64,000 nt of DNA, from positions 1 through 64,000 of the forward strand of contig NW_019218219.1 in the NCBI RefSeq assembly GCF_002571385.2. Reading direction: 5' to 3'. The position numbers were made by a program, and so were the translations under genes. This stretch comes from Stylophora pistillata. Lineage: Eukaryota. Under the pieces are notes generated by a model. It worked only from the letters and a program-made list of their open reading frames with translations, was not told the origin of the DNA and ran no database searches. Below, piece by piece: positions 26,001 to 33,400 of the stretch (its first letter is position 1; the number at the start of each line of letters is the position of its first letter).

Positions 26001-29000
26001 ACCGCCTCCCGGTTAGCTCAATGGATAGAGCGCTGGACTGATGTGCGGGAGGTCGAGGGTTCGAGCCCCGGCCGGACCAACACTCAAGGTCTAAAAATAA
26101 TTGAGAAGAATATGCTGCCTTTCTATAACATCAAGAAATGGTTTAGATATTCTAGTCTTCTCGGATAGGGATGAATAAATGTAGGTCCCGTCTCCTGCAG
26201 GGTTAGGGGTAGGAGACGTTAATTTCCCACGCACGAGTTTATTGTGTGATGGATGTCCTCCCCTGGTGTGGGATGGGTGGGTTGTTGTCTTGCGTTTCAG
26301 ACATGAGCCTCTGGCTAGGGCAATATGGGTAACCATGCCCCACGTAAAGACATTAAAACATTGATTACTATTACTATTATTGATTGAATCTCCAAAAGCA
26401 TTAAATGAAATACAGATTATAGTAACTGATGTTGATTCACCCTAATATTTGCTTAATAGGTCTCCGATGAAGGGCGTCAGCTCATTTGCTTTCCTCTTTT
26501 CCAACTTATTCTAACGATCTAAAATCCATTAGTAATCAATCAATCCGACTCTACCTCAAATATGGCTTTATTTTTTATTTCATCTTACTTTAGGCTCTCT
26601 CGTGGCCAGCTATATTACTACTTCCGACGAGCTTGGAGACATGTTCCGATGAAGAAGTATCGACTCTACGTGTACAGTAGAAGGAGATGGCGACCAATTT
26701 TAATCCGGCGTGGAAAACTTAACGTTCGCTTTCGTAGACGGTACATACCAATCCGTGTCACCACCAAGGGAACCTCTATTAATCTAAAAGGACGCTGGGT
26801 ACCTCTCAAACGGCGAAGACGTGCGCGTCCCAGAAAAAGGCCTTGGAGACGCGGACGACGCTACGGGCAAAGGCGCCCCAGCGTGATGCGTTTATATTTG
26901 GGAAGACGTTGGAGATCAGTTTACCAAAGCAGAGGAAAGTTCTTCTTCCGCTATAGACGCAAGACATGTAGCCTAAGGTAAAAAGAAATCTACACAATGA
27001 TTTTACGAAAGCGTTGGCTTCTGTACCTCTGTGTACCACCTAAATAATGTCGGACAAGCTAAGACACAGGGAGAAAACACAATACCTATTAATGTACTTC
27101 CAATGTTGACAGCTAAGAATTAGAGTAACTCTTATCATCCTATGTTTACACTCTCACAGCTGTATATTCCTGGTTTTTGTATTCTTATTAGATTTGTGCG
27201 TGGTTCAGTCTCATATTTCTTTGGTCGAAGATGGTATCGAATCAGTCCTGTAAGTAAGTTAAGAATCCGTGTTAAAGGACGGTTCAGACGAGTAAGGATA
27301 GTCAGGAAAAACATCTATGTCACTTACCGACGCAAACGCACGCCAATTCGGATCATATACGGCAAAATACGGTTCTACAGCAAGAGGAAGTGGCGACGTA
27401 TTTCTACCCTCCGTGGCCGGCGAACGAGGAGACGTCAACGGCTAAGAAAACTCAGACGGTACTGGAGACGGTTTAGGCGCAGAAGACGAAGGCGTCGACA
27501 TCGATACCGAAAACGCAACGGCAGAATCTTTTTCAGATGGGGTAGAAAATTCAACCTCGTTCGAAGTAAGAAAGGACGACTCCGCTTCCGTATCGGCACC
27601 AAGTACTATTTCCTTAGGTAGGGAAACCTCTTGTAACAGTAATTAACACAATCCAGGAATCGTGAATTATTTATCCCAACAATGTCATGTTTATTATTTA
27701 TCAGCACCCACTTTAGTATGAAAAAAGCTATTAATTTGTATTTGATCTGTTCCCTTCTGAAAAAAGAGCAAGAGGTTTTTCCTCAAACTTTTACAACAAT
27801 AGTCCTTTTTACAGTTGTGGGCTTGGTGGCCAAGCCTTTGAACAGGAGTGAGGCTTAGGGTGACCTGGTTATGATAGAGATGTTGCTGCTTTTTAAATGC
27901 AAATTACTTTGTTATCATGCTAACAAGATACAGGTCTCTATCACAACAGGGTCACCCTTGGCCTCACTCCTGTTCAAAGGCTTGGCCACCAAGCCTACTG
28001 TAAAAGGGACTATTGTTAATTGTTTCTACGGCATAACGGAAAGAAAGCGTACTTCTGCAAAATTTCGCATGTCTATCAACGTTTCGATTTTTGCAAACTT
28101 CCTTTATCAAGGTTGCACCACTACACTGTAAACGTTAGACATGCAGAAATGAATACTGCTTACCAATTAAAAATTAATTCCAGTGCGATTTATGTTTTCC
28201 GTGCTCAAGTAGAATTTTGCTTTCAACAAACAAAAAAAAGGTATCATCTCTTAGAAGAGGGTTGGGCAAAACTAAAGGTGTTCTAGGATTCCATGACGCA
28301 CAGACATGGTTCTAGAGGTCACATTTCCAGAGACTTCCTTTCCTTAACAAGTCTTAAAAAAATTGCATTTGTCTTACTTTTCACAGAATCCGAGACAAAA
28401 GAGGTATCTGGATACGCTCCGGCAGAAAACCATGGAGTCTGATTAGACGACCCATCAGACGCTTGAAGATGTACGTCCGTGGCAAACTACGCTGGATTTA
28501 TCCACGTAAAGGACGTTTGATGGTCTACTACAAGCGAAGAGGACGCCCGATACGATTCCGAAACGGACGGCCATTTGTTTGGCTCCATAGGAGATGGAAA
28601 GGCCTTAGAGTAAGATCGAACTACGCAAAAATGCGAATCCGGATTGGAGGCGTTTTAAGGATTATCCACAGAGTAAAAGGCCAGTGGACTGTACATTACC
28701 AAGGCAAATCCAGAAAGATCAAGCTGCGTGGACGACGATTTGGAATCCGTGTCGGAGGTAAATGGAAATATATTCCTGCAAGGGGAGGAGCATTGCAGAT
28801 ACGTTATGGAAGAATGTGGCGACGAGTCAGGAACTGCTGCAACAAACTGAAAGCTGTGTTACGAGGCCGCCTTCGACGAATCCGACTTCGGTACGGAAAA
28901 GCCAAAATGCGAGGAAAGAAAGGTTGGAGTAGGTTATTACGCAAAGGATTTGGCAAATTTCGCTTAAAACGACTGAGAGGTACGTGGTAACACTGTCAAT

Positions 29001-29552
29001 CTAGGGTGGGTCGGAGCACACCAAGATTGGGTTGGGTTTGTGTTATCTCTAGATTGTAGAAGTCTTTACTCTAACAGTCTCTCTTTTTCTATTAAATTAT
29101 GGACACAAGTATAAATATGAAACCATAATGAGAAATAAGAGCAAGGTTCAGAAAATCCTAAGTTAAGGCGTATAAGGAGAACTTAACTGTGAATGAATTC
29201 GTAAGATACAAATGATGTATACTGAAATAAGAAGAAAATTACCAGTATGAATTAGATTTGTAATCGATCACACGATTGCACCTCCCAAGGAGAATAAAAT
29301 GGTAAACATTAATTAAACATTTATTGTGGTCGATTTTTAGACCAACCTGTTGCACAGACTACCATACAAGAAGGCGACCAACCACAGGGATCTGACACCA
29401 TCGACCCCAGCCCAGCCACAAATAAGTCTCCAGGATCGCAAGTTTTTGACTCGCCACCCACAGCCGCTGACCGAGAAGTTCCACCTCAATCAATTACCGA
29501 TGAGATTAGCCGGGAGACTGGGTCGACGATGAACGTGAATGACTATCTCTGA
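1572..29552 (+). CDS. Giant multi-exon arginine-rich modular protein (>=24 exons, ~3,980 aa in window, 5' end not identified); unknown family, protamine-like composition
   Basis: Exons with AG/GT boundaries: 1572-2036, 2277-2768, 3649-4137, 4933-5574, 6338-6796, 7352-7843, 8350-9063, 10255-10734, 11103-11534, 11973-12440, 13170-13643, 13854-14366, 16321-17052, 17504-18052, 19141-19716, 20325-20882, 21807-22292, 23288-23731, 24200-24625, 25165-25614, 26594-26977, 27192-27617, 28387-28979, 29341-29552. The first 22 are phase 2-2 and multiples of 3. Every junction codon is sense (R/K/S/Y/D). All six Arg codons are used. Confidence 0.88.
2277..2768 (+). CDS. Arg-rich gene exon 2
   Basis: ctcag|G ... 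AG|GTACCA; RCVMRYRYGRRWRRI motif. Confidence 0.85.
2940..3185 (-). mobile_element. tRNA-derived SINE-like repeat, related family
   Basis: Reverse complement reads GGCTCAGTTGGTAGAGCACTGCACCGGTATCGCA...GGTTCCAATCCCGTACAGGCCTGAAT. Confidence 0.7.
3649..4137 (+). CDS. Arg-rich gene exon 3
   Basis: ttttag|A ... AG|GTATGT; RCVLRIRY motif. Confidence 0.85.
4933..5574 (+). CDS. Arg-rich gene exon 4 (double poly-Arg tract)
   Basis: tatag|G ... AG|GTGAGG. Confidence 0.85.
6338..6796 (+). CDS. Arg-rich gene exon 5
   Basis: tttcag|T ... AG|GTAGTG. Confidence 0.85.
7352..7843 (+). CDS. Arg-rich gene exon 6
   Basis: ataag|G (AAG acceptor) ... AG|GTAAGA. Confidence 0.8.
8350..9063 (+). CDS. Arg-rich gene exon 7 (double tract)
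   Basis: tacag|G ... AG|GTGAGT. Confidence 0.85.
9545..9840 (+). mobile_element. SINE (5'-truncated)
   Basis: B-box remnant GTTCGAGATC, central ttcttggacaagacac...aatggtaccggc segment, (CTTTA)n-type tail. Confidence 0.6.
10255..10734 (+). CDS. Arg-rich gene exon 8
   Basis: cacag|T ... CG|GTGAGT. Confidence 0.85.
11103..11534 (+). CDS. Arg-rich gene exon 9
   Basis: aacag|A ... AG|GTAACC. Confidence 0.85.
11973..12440 (+). CDS. Arg-rich gene exon 10
   Basis: ttcag|G ... AG|GTATAA. Confidence 0.82.
13170..13643 (+). CDS. Arg-rich gene exon 11
   Basis: tacag|A ... AG|GTATCT. Confidence 0.82.
13854..14366 (+). CDS. Arg-rich gene exon 12
   Basis: actag|A ... AG|GTGACA. Confidence 0.85.
14717..14958. 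mobile_element. Fold-back tRNA-derived element with 13-bp target-site duplication
   Basis: Flanked by AAAGTATTTATAT at 14704-14716 and 14959-14971; inverted arms ~14768-14800 and ~14927-14959 around a tRNA-like head. Confidence 0.7.
14981..15527. other. Assembly gap
   Basis: Run of N. Confidence 1.
15620..15723 (+). other. Isolated adhesion-GPCR-type exon (post-GPS linker plus TM1), probably misassembled
   Basis: cgcag|LTEEDETILEIITYVGLSLSIIGILLTIILYSFL(T)|GTAAGT; the ITYVGxSLS motif is typical of adhesion GPCR TM1; phase 0-2. Confidence 0.7.
15962..16220. mobile_element. Head-to-head tRNA-derived SINE-like copies
   Basis: 15962-16104 is the reverse complement of the 1-130 family; 16122-16239 is identical to 14861-14978. 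Confidence 0.75.
16321..17052 (+). CDS. Arg-rich gene exon 13 (longest, double tract)
   Basis: Long pyrimidine tract, tccag|G ... AA|GTAAGA. Confidence 0.85.
17504..18052 (+). CDS. Arg-rich gene exon 14
   Basis: taaag|A ... AG|GTAACA. Confidence 0.8.
19141..19716 (+). CDS. Arg-rich gene exon 15
   Basis: cacag|A ... AG|GTAAAT. Confidence 0.85.
20325..20882 (+). CDS. Arg-rich gene exon 16
   Basis: taaag|A ... AG|GTAACC. Confidence 0.8.
21807..22292 (+). CDS. Arg-rich gene exon 17 (Pro/Lys hinge)
   Basis: cacag|G ... TA|GTGAGT; TA plus the first T of exon 18 gives Tyr. Confidence 0.82.
23288..23731 (+). CDS. Arg-rich gene exon 18
   Basis: aacag|T ... CG|GTAAGT. Confidence 0.85.
24200..24625 (+). 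CDS. Arg-rich gene exon 19
   Basis: tttcag|A ... AA|GTGAGT; RCVMRIRF motif. Confidence 0.85.
25165..25614 (+). CDS. Arg-rich gene exon 20
   Basis: tccag|G ... AG|GTAAAA. Confidence 0.85.
25998..26383 (+). mobile_element. Full-length tRNA-derived SINE with TSD
   Basis: TAGCTCAATGGATAGAGCG...GGTTCGAGCCCC head, (TTA/CTA)n tail, 11-bp TSD TTGAATCTCCA at 25987-25997 and 26384-26394. Confidence 0.85.
26594..26977 (+). CDS. Arg-rich gene exon 21 (tract nearly absent)
   Basis: tttag|G ... AG|GTAAAA. Confidence 0.85.
27192..27617 (+). CDS. Arg-rich gene exon 22
   Basis: attag|A ... AG|GTAGGG. Confidence 0.82.
27795..28017. mobile_element. MITE with long terminal inverted repeats
   Basis: aacaatagtcc...ggcttggtggccaagcctttgaacaggagtgaggc mirrored by gcctcactcctgttcaaaggcttggccaccaagcc...ggactattgtt. 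Confidence 0.85.
28387..28979 (+). CDS. Arg-rich gene exon 23 (repeat array only, no poly-Arg tract; phase 2-1)
   Basis: cacag|A ... G|GTACGT; contains RNCCNK. Confidence 0.8.
29341..29552 (+). CDS. Arg-rich gene terminal exon: 70-aa acidic P/S/T/Q-rich tail
   Basis: tttttag| acceptor; phase-1 join gives DQPVAQTTIQEGDQPQGSDTIDPSP...MNVNDYL then TGA at 29550-29552. Confidence 0.75.
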
Positions 29553-29821
29553 GCAGACCAATTGGAATACAGCAAACGGACAACAAAAAGGGACAGCTTT
29601 AACATCTATTTAACCTACTAACATTCTTTTTTTCTTCTTTACTTACGGCAGTTAGCAAGATTAAGAACTGACATGTATTTTAATATATTTATGGTCGAAC
29701 ATTATCAGACCTTGTTCGACTAACCTTCTAACGACGTGATGCGCTGCCAATATATATTTAACAACCTACTTATCCTACTAACAAATTTCATTGTTTTAAA
29801 AGTTGTTCCTTTGTATAACCA

Positions 29822-29827
29822 ATTAAA
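29822..29827 (+). promoter_or_regulatory. Candidate polyadenylation signal (ATTAAA) of the Arg-rich gene
   Basis: About 270 nt after the stop, followed by a GT/T-rich segment (tttctgtgtgttatctttt). Confidence 0.4.
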
Positions 29828-30009
29828 GCATTAAGAATTCATTTCTGTGTGTTATCTTTTGCTGAACCCGGAAGGGTCTAGTTGCTTTTGCTCCACTGTG
29901 GGGTAAAACGCCTATAGAATTCTTTCCTTGGCCTGAGTTGGCCGCATAAAAACGAAGGTACACAGAGTATAAAATCTACACATGCGTCTCTGCGCGTCGT
30001 AGCTACTTC

Positions 30010-30183
30010 TTAACCCCTTAACTCCCAAGAGTGACCAAGATAGAATATTTCCTTACAAAGTAAATACAATATCAAGTAGAAAAGTAATGAGAATAAAGAA
30101 AAATATAATTTAGGGGTTGATCCAGTACCAAACTCTCCATACTAACATTGGTACGGCAGACAGTATGGAGTTTCGGTGTGAAA
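30010..30183. mobile_element. Degenerate TTAACCC-ended MITE (piggyBac-like ends)
   Basis: Starts TTAACCCCTTAACTCCCAAGAGTGA; related to copies at 30868, 37896 and 58916. Confidence 0.5.
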
Positions 30184-30404
30184 ATGTCGATTTTTGAAAC
30201 GTGATTGTTGGCAACAAAAACAGCTTCAACTCATATGAATACCCATCTAAGACAATGGTCAAGAATATTCGATTCAGCTGAACCTTATCCAGACCGTCCT
30301 TTCCCTTGTCTCTTCAGTTAGTAAGGAATATAGGATTTTGAACAAAACACTGAAGATGAAATTTTGCTGACGCCATTACCATTGTCACTGAGACATTCTC
30401 CTTG

Positions 30405-33400
30405 TTACTGAACACAAAGTTGATCCACCGCAGATATTGTTGCGTCCACCATGTTGCTTGTGTTCTCCTCTGTGCAACTTTTATCATTATGACCATTTGT
30501 GTTCTGATCATCACAATCCAAATCGCGCTCTTCATACGAGTCTTTGATTTTGCTCCTTGTGGCGGCAGCATGTTTCAGTGCATTTTGCAACACTTTCTTT
30601 TCGGCTCGTTTCAACCGGATGCACAGTTTTTTGTGGGGTGGGAATTCAGGATTCTCAAGTAACTCACAGTCTTCCTTGGATTAAAAACAAGAAAAAGGTC
30701 ATTCGAACAGGCAGTTGAGCATAATTAATGATCCAGACGATAAACCCAGGATTTTCCGAAAAACTCAATCACGCCATTCAGCCATAATCATAACCTTTTA
30801 CCATGCTGAAATACGTATGGCTTGTGACAAAGGCACTGGTGAGTAATTATTTTTATGAGGGCGATTCGCAAGAGTGACTAGCATCTAATTTCTCCCTGCA
30901 TTACCTTCCTGAGTCAAACATTAAGGTCACGAGATCAAAGGAAATGATCAACTACTACAACAGCCCTTGGTAAGATTGTTCACCAAATTCTCCTCGTCAG
31001 CAACGAAGAAATGTATTGAGAACAGTATGGAGAATATACATACTGAGATTAGGGTTTATTTCTTATTAACCGAGCGGGAGGTCTGTACCAGCGACCGAGC
31101 TCAAGATTCTCCCATACAGACCGACCGAGCTCGGTTAATAAGATGTTTATTATATGGCTGTGTCTTATATGCCAATTTTTTATGTTCTTTGTACCTTTTT
31201 TTTTCTAGACCGGCCTAGATGCCGGTCTAGATGGGAAAATCTGGACCACTTTCAATATTGATTTCAGCCGATCAAATTCGTGAATTCGGTAGTTCCCAGT
31301 CCTTGTGAGACACAGCCATATAATAAAAAGGGTTAAGACCCGAAGTAATTCCATAGAGCAGAAAGGGAATTCAATTTAAATTATCGAGAAAAATTCCAAC
31401 TGACTGACTCGACCCTATGTGCTTCAAATTTCAAATTTAGGCTGCTTGCCATTGTCAGCACTAAGCGGGCATACCGTCCTGGATGTAAATGGCGGGTCAG
31501 TTTTCAGTACTTACAAAAACTCACAATAACAATCAGTTTTAAATTTCTTAGGCGCTCTCCTCAAGGTATTCCTTTGTCTCGTCTTGCCAAGTGCGAACAA
31601 TTCCGAAAGAAGGAGCAAAAGAAACTTTCCCTTCCCTCTTATAAACGTAGTAAGCATAGCACAACGTACAAAGTTATTTTTATCTAATTTTCCTCCCAAT
31701 TTTTCTCGAGAAGAATATTTATATCCAAGTCGCGCTTTGATGTATTTGATTTCACCTTAGAAGGAATCTCGATGCATCTACCGTTTAAAATTACTAAGGC
31801 ACCCTGTCACCAAGACAGCATCATGATAGTTTTCTCCTCCGGGACCAAACTTACCGAGTCCGCAGTGTTGTACTGTTTAAGGAGTAAGGTCAGACGTGTT
31901 TCCAGAAACTGCCAACCCTTGTTTTCAGTCTCTTCCTTAACGAAGGTTTGTACTCCTGAAAGTTTCTTTAATTCATTGGTGTCTTCACTCGCTTTTTTAA
32001 GCCACTCTTTTAACTCATCTGGGTAAAGAAACACACACGATTTTCAGCAAAATAGTGTAGTGTGTATAAGCCACGAACGGTTGCAAAGTTAAGCAATGCC
32101 ACTAAAATACGCCCCTAAGAAACGTAAGACCACTCTTTATAAGGCATAGGAGTTCATTAGTTAATTGGGGGTTAGTGGAATCCAACAAAACAAAACAAAG
32201 CCTTGCTTGAGGGGCCATACTAATCACATGAGCTGGCATGAACAGCGAAAAACTCTTTTAGACGAGAATTTCCATCGACTGTATTTCCAAGAGAACCAAA
32301 ATATCTAATTTCCTATAACCAACTCGTTTGGAATGTCACAAATTACACTGCATATTTAAAGTTGACATTGTTCAACCAACGTACGTCTCTCTATCTAGTC
32401 TCCGTAGTCATTGCTTGGGATGTCACGTAACGCTCCCATCGTTAGTTTGGAGGAGTGTTGCGTTACATCCCAAAGTATGGCTGGGAAGAGGAAGTACTCC
32501 ATTTTAAAAGTGGAACTTTTTTCTTATGTTCCTACTCATCCTACCTTCGGTCATAGAAAAGATTCTCAAAAAGGTGACCAATTCAGAGTCGAATGGTCTT
32601 TCTCCATGACTCACTGGAAACGAATGACTTGACCTGAAAAAAAATTCGTAATGTGGATCTTAATTTCTACCTTTTTTGCTCCACATGCCTTCCCCCTAAA
32701 ATCATGATTTCAACGCAAAATAGGACAAGAACAACCCATAAGCAAAGAACAAAAACAAAAGCGACGGTAATGATGAGAAATCGTCTTCGAAGAGATTTAG
32801 ACATGTATTTTCAAGCTCAACAACGTCCTGCAAAAATGCTTGTGAGCTCACGAGGCATATACGGATAAATATATGACAAAATATAATCATTTTCAAAACG
32901 TACGCTGTCATTCCCATAGAAGCGAGTAGTCTTTCCTTCATCTGGAATAATGGATCACTCTTACTGACGCCAAGCTGGATGGAGACCTTATCGTGGGCGT
33001 TTTCTTCAAACACAAACCCATTATGGACCAACAGATCCCCATTGGAACGTTCTCCATAAAAAATGCACACTTCTTCACCTGCATGAAAGTCCCTCACGGA
33101 CATACTTTTGCAGCTGTCTTCAGCTAAATCATAACCAGTCGTTATCTGAGCAAAAACAAATCCAAAGAAACAGCTTGTCTACAATAAGAGCATGGTGCAC
33201 AACAAGCCTTTAGTTCGAAGATGATTTACTCCTCAAGGCCCAATTTCCTGGCTTTCTCGACTGAGCCGAAGAGTAAATACATCATCTAGTTTTGGGAATA
33301 AACAAGTGGTCTTAGAAAAAGCGTTTGTTAAGCCAGGTTTTTGTCGTGAGGTGACAACGTTTTACTATCGTGCTGCTGCAAATTCCTTCACTTCTGACCT

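Noticed and set aside
1530-27039. Minus-strand poly-Ser/Pro and Leu/Arg ORFs overlapping the Arg exons
   Set aside because: Antisense shadows of Arg codons, with no consistent boundaries or splice signals.
1572-27617. True product is an Asp/Glu-rich coral acid-rich protein read in another frame (GAA GAC GAA)
   Set aside because: That frame is repeatedly interrupted by stops. Only the Arg frame is open across every exon and matches the splice phase.
1564-28990. Tandem array of ~23 independent single-exon protamine genes
   Set aside because: There is no conserved ATG (ORF-track starts are mostly TTG/GTG or intronic). The stops are just the GTAA/GTGA/GTAG of phase-2 donors, and homology begins and ends at splice sites.
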